DNA of 56,168 nucleotides, the filler included, from Asterionella formosa (Eukaryota): assembly GCA_002256025.1 (NCBI GenBank). It is 6 parts of 6 records of this genome, joined end to end, with 100 filler letters (N's around TTAATTAATTAA, not from the genome) between each part and the next. Parts side by side here need not be neighbours in the genome. Positions count along the whole stretch, not along the records: positions 9,384 to 18,665 come from NKIB01010873.1; positions 18,766 to 28,045 come from NKIB01010879.1; 4 more parts are not named here. The stretch is one strand, 5' to 3'. This document shows positions 11,308 through 21,653 of the stretch, in pieces (position 1 is the first letter of the stretch; each line of letters begins with the position of its first letter). The position numbers and the translations under genes are program-made. The notes beneath the pieces were generated by a model. The model searched no databases and was not told the DNA's origin. It was given only the letters and a program-made list of their open reading frames with translations.

Positions 11308-12451
11308 ATGACGACCTTCCGCTGCTTTTTTGTCATTGTTGCTGCCTCCTCTTGCATGCAACTTGCCCACTCACAGGAGTCGGTAAGACACTGAACAACA
11401 TACATCCACGCTCAAATGATTTCCCGCTTCTTGCACTCACCGTTTACTGCTCTCTGCATTCCTCTCCTGCTCGTCGAACGTACATCAATCCCTCCATGCA
11501 CAGGTATTCAACACTAATGCCAAACTTCTCGTATCGTGGACCAGCAATAAAGGAGCAAACGCCTTTGGAGCCAATGATATTTACAGATTTGAAAACGTCG
11601 CTTCTTCCATGCTGACACAGCTTTTGAAGGATGAAGAACTTAATGGACTACTCTCTAAACAATCCGTCTTGTCTCTCGATGTCATCCTCACCGATCAGCA
11701 AGTCAACGCTTACAACAATTCCGGGACGAATTTTGTGACAACTTCCATTGTTGATTTTATATATGCTGGTCATGAGCAGCTAAACAAATTCGATGAATTG
11801 CTAACTTCGGTCGTAACCAATCAAAATGGGTCTGGTCTCCTGCAACTGCTCAGTGAAGTACAGTTGGTCGAACCAAACGCTCAGAACTTCCTTCTGTCCT
11901 TTGAAATTGAACAAGGAGCGATTGAGACGCTCACGATGTATTTCATGCAACAGGGAGTCACTCCTTCGACAACAGCGGCAGAGAAGGGCCTCATCGCATT
12001 TATTGTCATTTTACTTCTTGCTCTCATCATGGTGTCTTCAGTTCTCCTTTGGGTCTCTGGTGGTTGCATTTGGGTCAAGAGTGCCATCCCTTGGTACTTA
12101 CTAGATGGGATCCCTATGCCCTATGTTACAAAGCCAGGGGCAAACGGAGGCGAAACAGAGACCGTCATGACTAGTTCCTCTGGCATTCTTGGAGCCACCT
12201 CAAAGGACGAAGAAGAGAACAAGATACCAGCTGGCTTTACACACACACGTGGTATGTATCGAGACAACGATGACGTGTTTTCACCATTTTCCAATGTCAC
12301 AAATACCACGGAACAAACCAACGCGAACAACATCAACCCCCTCGGTATTATATCCATGCGCAAGTTGGGGCGCTTTGAGACGCCTGAAAAGCGACGTGCC
12401 GGGCATTTTCTTCAAAAGTCAAGAATCGCTTATAAGCATGACGAAAAATAG
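11308..12451 (+). CDS. Hypothetical type-I single-pass membrane protein (~340 aa; exons 11308-11382 and 11504-12451)
   Basis: Signal-peptide-like exon MTTFRCFFVIVAASSCMQLAHSQES. A GTAAGA...CACAG intron (11383-11503) splices in frame to ORF 11609-12451. TM helix GLIAFIVILLLALIMVSSVLLWV. Confidence 0.75.
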
Positions 12452-12717
12452 ACTACGGTGGTAAGGGCAGTTTGCTTTGTATCAACTGCCGGTAGCTTGA
12501 TCATTTTATTTCAAGATTGGAAAGGGTGGACGACGAGCAAATAAACATAAATTTTGTGCTGTCTGTGATCAATGCTGGCTCTTCATCGACAAATGTATCA
12601 TTTTGTATGTTCTCTAGTTTTCTTATTACTTTGTACCGTTTCTTATTCGCTCAACCAACGCGTATACCTGATATGTATACTTGTAGCGAGAACTCAGCAT
12701 TCTGCATAGTCTGCATT

Positions 12718-15202
12718 CTATTTCGTCCATTCAGGTGCTTGTCCCGGCACTTGCGCTGATACAGGTTCGAAGAATTCCTGAACAGCTCTCATGTCTCGAA
12801 CCATGAGCAGGGAAGCCAACCTTGCAACTGTTAGTTTCAAACCATAGACTATCTGCTTCTTCTCTTTGACAGTCCGCGATTGAAAGATGTAGGTGCAATT
12901 TCTGGTCACAACGGCAAAGCAAGACTTGGATTGGGCCAGAGGATGCGTACTTCTATCAATTGTGACGTCTTCCTGGACACGAGCAATTTCCAGCAAATCA
13001 ATAAATTCTGGCCTTGTCAAGGCAACATTAACCTTGCGCTCTCTTTCCAATCGAGACTCAAAGGCAGTCTTCCACATGAATTTGGGCTGGATATAGGTCA
13101 TACTGGACAGATATGTACCTCGTTCAATCCAGGCTTCGATACACACTGGCTTGCCTCCGTCCGGCGAGCCAGGGTTGGGATGCCATAGCAGCGTTAGAGT
13201 AGCTGCTTTCATGACCTGGAAATTCATAAATATTTTTGTTAGAGAAAAAGGTAGAGTACAGATGAATCGCAAGAAAATTTTGACAATCATCTTACATCAA
13301 CGACTTTTAAAACTTCTTCCTCTGCGATTTTTAGACCAACGTTCCGTGGCTTGAATGTAATACGATTTCGCTTCACTGTCGAGGATTTTCCGCCAGGTTG
13401 AATCATTGTCACGGCAATTGCTCGACTACTTTGTCCATTGAAATTGCGTGGTCGTACGTCTTCTTGATCGCTGTCATAGTACTTGATGCTGTTTTCATCA
13501 CAGTGCTCGGCTTCAGGAAGCAATTGATCCACCAACGAGCTCAGATACCCCGTCGCATCGAAGAATGAGATTTCCATTGGTTGCTCACTCTGCATGTACG
13601 ATAAGCCTTCAATGTCATCCATTGACTTGGTGGTTTGTATTACGTGCATGTGCTGTTTGGATCGTTCCAGAGCCGATGAAAACGTCATTTCACTCTGAAG
13701 CTGTTGCCACCTTTTCGCGGGAGCATTCAACAAGGAAGCGCGATTATGGAAATTTGGATTTGGGGCAGTCCCATCCGTTCTACTATCACTTTTATGAATT
13801 GATTTTGATCTCTCCTCGTTCGGGCTTGGTTGCACCGTGGAAGGAGCACCCAAAACATATGCAATGTAATTCGCAACTTCTTGTCGATTGTCTGCAGATT
13901 CCAATGAATTTTCAGGCGATGGGTTTGGTACGAAGATGCATTGAAACGTTTGGGAGAAGTCCTTCAGTGCACCAGAACAAATGTCGTCAGTGCACCAGAG
14001 GGTTGTAGATGACCCTCCAGAAATTATCGTCCCTTCTGGAAGACCGAACCAACCACTCTCCTGTATAAGTGGGCTTTCTCCCTCCTTCTTGTGCAAAACG
14101 GGTACAACGATTTCGTCTTCAATTGGTCTCTCCTCGGGTCCCAACATTTGGTCGTCACTATCAGGAGAATCAATCAAAGCCAACTCGGTTCCCTGGTCCC
14201 TTGGAGTCCTTGGAGTTCTTACAGTAGTTCCTGATTTCTCGGGGCGAGGCGGAGTTGATGCGTAAATTCTTGTTCGTTTTGACAAGTCCACATCCCTTGA
14301 TATCACATTCGAGTTAACCGAACTTGTGTCGTGTGAAGGAATCTGAGTTTGGATACCAGACTCGCTTAGAAAATGATTATAGCAAGGAGACTTTTGTGAT
14401 GCTAAATATTGGTCCGAACGAGGAAGGCGAGGGTGAAGGATCAGTGTTGGCCGTTCCTCTTCTTCAGGTTTGAGAACAATAGCAAGAGCTGAAAGGATGC
14501 TTTCACGGTCTGCTGTGGTGGCTGTGGTGAAGTCTAATTTTTGGAATCTGCCAATAGCCACCTTGGTCACAACGCAAAAACAAGTCATAGGGTTAACCCT
14601 TTCCAAAGTGAGGCATTTCGTTGCGTCGTCAGGAATGATTCCAATATCCAAACGAAGAATATTGCTGATCCGAATAAAGATGGAGTCACCTCTTTTCTCC
14701 TCTTCAGCACCATTTGATTCGGCAATACCAATAGACTCTCCGGTTACCCGCAAAAATTGGAAATCTTCCGAAAGAGACAGCACGCTGCTATGATAACTTT
14801 TTTCTGTATAGAGCATCTTGGGATGGAGAAAGTTAATGAACCAGGTCACAATAAATGCACCAGACGCAAACTTCGAAGGAATCAAGAACTTACCAAACGA
14901 TACCCTGCCTTCAGTCTCCGAAGAAGTATTTCAGATGTTTTCGGCGAAGGTAGTTTTGGACAAAAGATAGATAGCCTTGATGTCGATTCTCTCCAATCAT
15001 CATCTGAAATTGGATTTAGCAGTGATGGACTCGGACTCGCCCCGTGGTACGGCCTAACAGAGCTTGCGCTCGAGGGCGTTTTCGGTGGTTCATGCGCGCC
15101 AACAAAGGAAGAAGAGGAAGGCTGCACATCCACCTTCTTCTCCTCTCGCGGGGAAATGACGCCCATGTCTTGATCTACTTTGGCTGGACCGCAAAAGTTC
15201 AT
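12718..15202 (-). CDS. Hypothetical protein with N- and C-terminal PH-like domains (3 exons)
   Basis: ORFs 14882-15388, 13287-14885 and 12718-13290 are joined in phase 0 by GT-AG introns 14817-14893 and 13216-13295. Both end domains finish in the PH-like pattern CF.VVT...F...T..E/D plus a helix. Start codon uncertain. Confidence 0.75.
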
Positions 15203-16460
15203 GTGTTTGGTTCCTCTCCAAAACCAAGAAATGCTGCAATCCCTCTCTTTAGCCAGCCTATAGAACACCGAGATGATTGAAACGGTGCAGTGCAATAGTT
15301 GAAGAAAATGCAGGTCTTGAACGAGACAGACACAATGGTCAATAAAACGATAAATATTTTGTTTAATGTAGACTCCAAGAGAGTTCAAGTATTACAGCCC
15401 GGGTATACTGATTTTATCTAATGCGGCTGGGCTTGTTTCGCCTTCTCATCACTGAAAATATCAACAACGGCAGTTTCAAAACGGTATAGTGCATATAAAT
15501 ATAGAATGTACTTAGTGAGAAATGCGGGAACGACATGCGAAGTAATGAATTAAACTCATCGGTTACGAATACCGGTATAAATGAAAACTCTATGTATATT
15601 ATTTGTATAAATAACATGTGTACAAAGTAATTCCACTCATCATACCAAACTCTTCATACTGGCATATACTTCATTGTTGATTGACCTACCTGTACACAAT
15701 AAAACTGGAATACCGGTATGTGGCTGAAAATTTTGCAACCTTGCTTATTGACATCATCATGTGTGATGTCGTTGTTGTCATGGTCATGTAAAATCCCAAC
15801 ACAGTGAATTTAGTTGTATGTACGTAAGGTACTACACGACCACAGGTTGAGACTGCCGGCGAGGCAGTTGTACTCTAGTGTTCGAGGCATGTGAGGCCGA
15901 TGCAACTAATTTTGGACAGAGGGAGTACACAAAATTACGAGTAGGCAGACTTCTCCCAAGTAGGGTCATCACTAGTAGGCAATTCACAACCTACACAGAA
16001 ACAAAGTACCGGTACACTGTATCGGTACGTTTTCAACCAGTTTTCGTCCTCTAAATCCAGGCATACCTTGTATTGAGTGTTACAACATTTTTCAATTCAA
16101 GGTTGGTCATTATACAAGGTTATATTGTCTAATACAAGGTGAAATCATAATCAAATACAAAGTGCACCTTGAATTGGTAAAACACAGAAATCCAAATGTC
16201 AAAAAAGGTGCATTCGCATCCAGGTCTCTGTTCAATTCAAGGAAAAACTTTATTTGACATTATAATCAGTGCCGATACAAAGACCTTGTATTGGATTTGA
16301 ATTATTGCCAATACTAGGTCATAAATTCCAATTCGAGATTAATGATGATTTACCATTCAAGGTATTCCCTGTATTGGTTTTTGATCACTTACGCCCCAAA
16401 TTGCTTTATAAAACATTATACATTAACAACATACATGGAATCTTTCTCTTGTTATAAAGG

Positions 16461-17038
16461 GTATACTGATTTCATCTTGATGATGGTGGCACTTGATGTA
16501 TGAATGATGTTTTAATAATACTTTTTCTATACTAATGAGTTCTTAAACGTCAACTATTGATTGAATATTGATGGTGTTGTTTAGGAGAATCAATAGTGGA
16601 AATCTATCATTACCAAAATAGTGTAGCGGCATTGATATAATAATGATATACTGATTTCATCTTGATAATGGTACTTATTGCATGAGTGATGTATTAAAAG
16701 TACCTTATTCTTTACCATCTGTCAGTGAAATGAGTTGTTCAACCTCATCTATTGATTGAATATTGATGGAGTTATGGGAGAATCAAGAGTAATAGGGACC
16801 AATCATTACCAAAATGGTGTAGCATTGATATAAAATGGTATACTGATTTAATCTTGATGATGGTACTTGTTACACACCTGATAAATTATTAGTACCTTAT
16901 TCTAAACCATGTGCCAGTGAAATGAGTTGTTCAACCACATCTATTGATTAAATATTGATAAGGTTATTGGAGAATCAGTAGTGGGAACCAATCATTACCA
17001 AATGGTGTGCTGGCTTTAATATATGATAGTATACTGAC
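16461..17038. repeat. Diverged tandem repeat, 3 units of ~185-192 bp
   Basis: (G/A)TATACTGA(T/C) recurs at 16461, 16646, 16838 and 17029, with shared CTATTGATT.AATATTGAT, GGAGAATCA and ATCATTACCAAA blocks. Confidence 0.9.
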
Positions 17039-17346
17039 ATACAAATTGTTAAAGAAAATTTGTTTCTAATATTGTTTTCAATGAATCCTTTCATTATCAT
17101 AATGCTGACCAATAATATAGTGGTACAGTGGCTGGTACAGCAATCTCCTAATCTTGTTATATTGTGCACCATTCAGAGTCCACCGGTGTATAAAGTGAAT
17201 TTTCACTTTGTGGACGAGTATCACCAGTAGCATGAAGTCTTGGCAGAAAAATAAAGAAATTTTAATATTTTCTGTATCCAATGGACTGGTTTGATATTCA
17301 TTGATGGCAGGATTCGAAATGATGGTCCAAATATATACATAGATGT

Positions 17347-18103
17347 ATTACCATTTTTCTTGCTGGCATGCTAAAATCTGCAATTTTACTGCCAAAAATT
17401 CTGTGTCCCATATTGCTCTTAAATAAAAATTACATAGAGTATCAAACTTACTTAAAAGTACCCAAATGGCAACACAATAGCTGGAAGGTCTAGTAACGCA
17501 CATTCTATGCACACCTATTCAGTTTCAACTCACTCCCTATGATTAATTTCATGCTTGCCAGGTAAGAAAGGCCAGCTTTTGATTCCAAAATTCCGTGAAG
17601 TAATTTGGGAAACCTTTACTGTTATTGACCAGTGACAAGAATTTGCAGATGCAGACACTGAACATTACTGCAGAATACGTCTAGGTCTTGCTGAATGCCT
17701 AGTAAGTGAGGCGATGAACCAGTTGAGCAAACCATATTTTCAGAAAATGAATAGGAATTTTGTTCCATTTTTAGAACTTCCTGATTATTAATAGAATCTG
17801 CTGACTAGAAATAAGAATTTGCTGACAGTGACTAGAAATTGCTGAATATGAATAGATTTTCTGAATTACTCTTTTGCATATATGAAGTACATATTTTCAT
17901 AAAATACATACAACTGGTCTGATTGAGCATATATAAGAGCCATTCCCGCTGCAGCTATCGTCTTGCCGTTCGGGTACTTCTAAGTAATTTTTAGGCTCTA
18001 AGTAATTTCTTAAGTAATTTTTATTTAAGGGCAATATGGGGCATATCGAATTTTTCGGCAATAAAATTGCCGATTTTAGCATGACAACCAAAATAACGGT
18101 AAT
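17347..18103. repeat. Foldback-like structure with ~140-150-bp inverted arms (17347-17483 / 17952-18103)
   Basis: CATGCTAAAATC.GCAATTTTA.TGCC...CCCATATTGC.CTTAAATAAAAATTAC...AAGTACCC matches in inverted orientation. Confidence 0.75.
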
Positions 18104-18665
18104 ATGCATAGAGATGGTACAACAAGCGTAAAACACACAAGAATGATTGTAACATGCAACATCAATGAAAATTGAACATGATGTTTGGAGCAACCAAAGT
18201 ATGCAATGCGATGTAATAAGTAGCATCAAATGAGAAATAGAAAAAAAAATTTGGGTTAGAAATGAAATAAAAAATAAGAGTTCCAATGGAGACGTATGCA
18301 TTATGAATCATTGTAGTACTTACACACCAGCAGGCAACATTGACTTTCCATCACCACACAATCGAAGACCAAAATCCAATCTTGACCTACATCGTTATGT
18401 AGCGTAAATGGTCTGGTTTCTGCAACCATGCGCATCGCTGTAGTAGCCTGACACCAGTAGCAGTATTTCCGCCACAGTCATTGTTCCTCTCCGCTGCCCA
18501 CCAAACAAGCAACCCTGATCATTCCATTCTGAGCAAGTGTGATCGCCACGCTGCTCCAGAACTATTGACTCTCTCTAGCTGAGTATTCGTCATGTAGCTT
18601 CTGATACGAACTCGTAGTAGAAATGTAGCAAAGCGCGTTAGTACAAGAAAAGCATTGCTTGGCGG

Positions 18666-18765
18666 NNNNNNNNNNNNNNNNNNNNNNNNNNNNNNNNNNN
18701 NNNNNNNNNTTAATTAATTAANNNNNNNNNNNNNNNNNNNNNNNNNNNNNNNNNNNNNNNNNNNN
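18666..18765. other. Artificial contig linker
   Basis: N44-TTAATTAATTAA-N44. Confidence 0.98.
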
Positions 18766-18781
18766 CAAGCCCTCACACAAA

Positions 18782-18827
18782 CCCTAACCCTAACCCTAAC
18801 CCTAACCCTAACCCTAACCCTAACCCT
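18782..18827. repeat. Telomeric repeat (CCCTAA)7
   Basis: Seven perfect CCCTAA units plus CCCT, starting 16 bp into the contig. Confidence 0.92.
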
Positions 18828-18998
18828 TGAACTCATTAGAAACAGATACCGGTAGAATGACCATGTCCCAAATTAGGTATTGGCATGGTGTGAGCATTTG
18901 GGCAATCAATGAAATCTGTTGAACTCATTAGAAACAGATACCGGTAGAATGACCATGTCCCAAATTAGGTATTGGCATGGTGTGAGCATTTGGGCAAT
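18827..18998. repeat. Perfect 80-bp direct duplication (18827-18906 / 18919-18998)
   Basis: TTGAACTCATTAGAAACAG...GCATTTGGGCAAT occurs twice with a 12-bp spacer. Confidence 0.9.
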
Positions 18999-19061
18999 AG
19001 ATCCGGAAAAAATATAATACCATCGTTTAAGCTTCATATCACTGAATCATCCAAATTCATA

Positions 19062-20840
19062 TCACCAAAAAATGAAGACATGTGCAATAAACAATGCGAA
19101 AAAAGAAACCACGGATTCTCTCACAGAACCTGACGTTAAATTACTCTCCACCGCGACAGACTTCCCTCGGCAATTACCAATGTTGACAGGCAATCCAAAT
19201 GTTCGATTCAACGAAGAGGGAGACAGCAGCTCGTTGCGATAATACTCTGCCCCACAAGGTGGAAGTAAAGCACCTACACCATACCCACAAAGTAAAGGAA
19301 ATAATCCAAGAATTGTTTTGCGAGGATAATAGAACATAAAGGCAACACACATTTCATCTTGACTGCTGAGGCCAAATGTCTGGTTCTCCCCAGGACTATT
19401 CTCATAGTAGCAGGTGGAATGAAACGAGTCGCCAGCAAATATTTGATATGCCTCTTGTTGAAGGCTCAACACTCCATTCTGCGCAAAGTCAAAAAAATCC
19501 ACACTGGCTTCATGCACGACGGCACCATTTCGTTTCACCGTATTTGTTCCCCGTACCCCAGACTTATGCATATGCAATGCCTCTCGAAAGACCCATACGG
19601 GTTCATCGAGACCTAAGGACGAGCACGTGGATGGACAATCAAACTGCGCCGATGCTAGTCCTTCACCGACCCGTTGATCAGTTAGAAAGAATGCGGGATC
19701 GCCCACAGAAAATACTCCTGCGTCGTATTGGCGTTGATTAAAGGTCCAAAGGAGTCGAAAGCCACTGGTGTCAACCTCCATGTTAGTGTCCATACTGGGA
19801 TTGTTGTAATGAATTTGCAGGCGAAAGCGAGAGATGCCATCTTTACCAAGTGGGAGTCCAACGTTTTGTGGAAAAATTAATGGCGAGCCTCCAGGTGTCC
19901 AACCATATAAAACCTCATCATCGAGTTTCTCCTGGCAGAAAAATGGCTCAGAGTTTTCAGAAACACTGTGCGACGCCCACAAGAGGACATGATGGATATA
20001 TTTTCGTGTTGCTTTCGGCACAATAGCTTCAGCACCTATGATGTGGATCGATTCGTTCATGGGAACACCAAGGGCAATTAGATCGTTGGTATTCCAACAA
20101 AACTCTTGATAAGTCGTTTCATCGGAGGGAATTGTGAAATTATTGGCTCGTAATTCCAAGGCCCCATCAGCTTCTTCCAGTGTAGTCGCAAAGGATTGCC
20201 TCTCTGTCTGACCATCTCCAAAAATATGAAGATTACCTCGTACGAAATTGCTACCATGATAGGACCAAGTCTCAGTGTCCCCCCACGCCATGATGATCAT
20301 GCTGGCGGTGACACTCAAGTCCGTATCATTGAGTAGTCTCCGGTCTTGCAGATCGCCGGTATCAAGTTCTCTTGTGGCTTCAACAATGATAAATCCATCC
20401 TGTACTGTACTATTGACAAGGTCCCAGTTTTGACACTCGTCCTTTACGGGGTAAAGCTCTTGTAGCACATGCGCATCCGTCAGAGAACCATTCTTGTCCG
20501 CGGCAGCAAATAAAAACATGTCCGCTCCGCGCATTCCTCCGTTTTCGGACAATCCGAAACCCAGCCATCCATCAGCTTGCACAGCTACTGCAACACTCAC
20601 GTGGGTGGCGTTGGTGCTCCAATGAAGCGCGGCACCATGCGGGAAATCAGCACTAGATAGGCTAGACTCGAGAAATAGACATTTCTTGTAAAAGTCGTTC
20701 CTGTCATTTGCCACCCAATCGAGATACACTTGTTTCTCTTGGACGTTCGTTCCAAAATAGGACGTTGCATCAGCTTGACACAGAGCGAGAGATGCTGGAA
20801 CTGATGCCAAGAGGAGGAGAAAGCAGCGGTTGCAAGACAT
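19062..20840 (-). CDS. DBH-like copper type II ascorbate-dependent monooxygenase (DOMON + Cu2 monooxygenase N/C; MOXD1-like), secreted and probably GPI-anchored
   Basis: Signal peptide; DOMON motifs GWLGFGLSENGGMRGADM and R.LDTGD.QD; copper ligands IHHV, LQIHYNN, HMH, DEMC; hydrophobic C-terminal tail; intact 592-aa ORF. Confidence 0.92.
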   Translation of the reverse strand: MSCNRCFLLLLASVPASLALCQADATSYFGTNVQEKQVYLDWVANDRNDFYKKCLFLESSLSSADFPHGAALHWSTNATHVSVAVAVQADGWLGFGLSENGGMRGADMFLFAAADKNGSLTDAHVLQELYPVKDECQNWDLVNSTVQDGFIIVEATRELDTGDLQDRRLLNDTDLSVTASMIIMAWGDTETWSYHGSNFVRGNLHIFGDGQTERQSFATTLEEADGALELRANNFTIPSDETTYQEFCWNTNDLIALGVPMNESIHIIGAEAIVPKATRKYIHHVLLWASHSVSENSEPFFCQEKLDDEVLYGWTPGGSPLIFPQNVGLPLGKDGISRFRLQIHYNNPSMDTNMEVDTSGFRLLWTFNQRQYDAGVFSVGDPAFFLTDQRVGEGLASAQFDCPSTCSSLGLDEPVWVFREALHMHKSGVRGTNTVKRNGAVVHEASVDFFDFAQNGVLSLQQEAYQIFAGDSFHSTCYYENSPGENQTFGLSSQDEMCVAFMFYYPRKTILGLFPLLCGYGVGALLPPCGAEYYRNELLSPSSLNRTFGLPVNIGNCRGKSVAVESNLTSGSVRESVVSFFALFIAHVFIFW

Positions 20841-20905
20841 GAATCAATTTCTACTGATACAATTGCATTATTTTGTGCACTAATGTATCCATGATTAAAC
20901 ATTTA

Positions 20906-21033
20906 ATTCTCGTGCAGTCGTCGTTGAATCTTGTGCAATCATTGATGAATCTTTCATGCAATCCATGATGAAATAATTAATTCTCGTGCAGTCTTCGTTG
21001 GATCTTGTGCAGTCATTGATGAATCTTTCATGC
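20906..21033. repeat. Tandem duplication, ~73-bp period
   Basis: ATTCTCGTGCAGTC.TCGTTG.ATCTTGTGCA.TCATTGATGAATCTTTCATGCA occurs twice. Confidence 0.8.
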
Positions 21034-21379
21034 AGTCTTTCATCATACTTACAGCCGTTAAATAAAGTACCATGGGTACTTTGAGAAGTACACTTGCTTG
21101 ATCGAAATGATGAGCAACTCTCGATATCGGGTTCTTTGTGGCTCATTAGGCTGATTTCAGTCTCCCTTTGAGGCTCAATTTGAAAACCTTATGGTTACTT
21201 TCCTCGAACTTTTGATACATCGTTGGATAGTACTTTTTTCTTGATCGAAAGGGCTATACATGTTAAGACAAAGAATTGGAGGCATTGTCAACACTAATAT
21301 CAACAAATCTAGCTGGGATGGCAATATCGTCAGTGTCAAGAACTGCGCCAGTAGTACACTTTACAAGTTTGAGAAGCTC

Positions 21380-21653
21380 ATCCATCGGAAATGATCTAGA
21401 AGTGATTTTCAAGGGCATACAGCTCAGTTATATCAACATCATCTACAGTCCCGGGAGCAGTGACCATAATGGCCATTGCATCCTTACCTCTGATTTCCTT
21501 GAGCTCCCTCTGCCGAAATGTCATTTTTTCAAGTGGATGGTCTTTTGAGATGTTCACATGATGATTTCGGACCCACAGAGATGGGTGAATGTACTTGGAA
21601 AGGCATGAAAAGTTGGCACCTTTGCCCATTGTCAAATTTCGTTTTCGCACCAT
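21380..21653 (-). pseudogene. Relic resembling the N-terminal region of diatom piggyBac-like transposases
   Basis: MGKGANFSCLSKYIHPS...LEK...RELKEIRGKD...ELYALENHF*IISDG. Resemblance recalled rather than searched; no DDD core seen. Confidence 0.3.

Noticed and set aside
16461..17038. CRISPR-like array (also considered for 55475-55725)
   Set aside because: Whole units are homologous, with no unique spacers and no cas genes, in a eukaryotic context.
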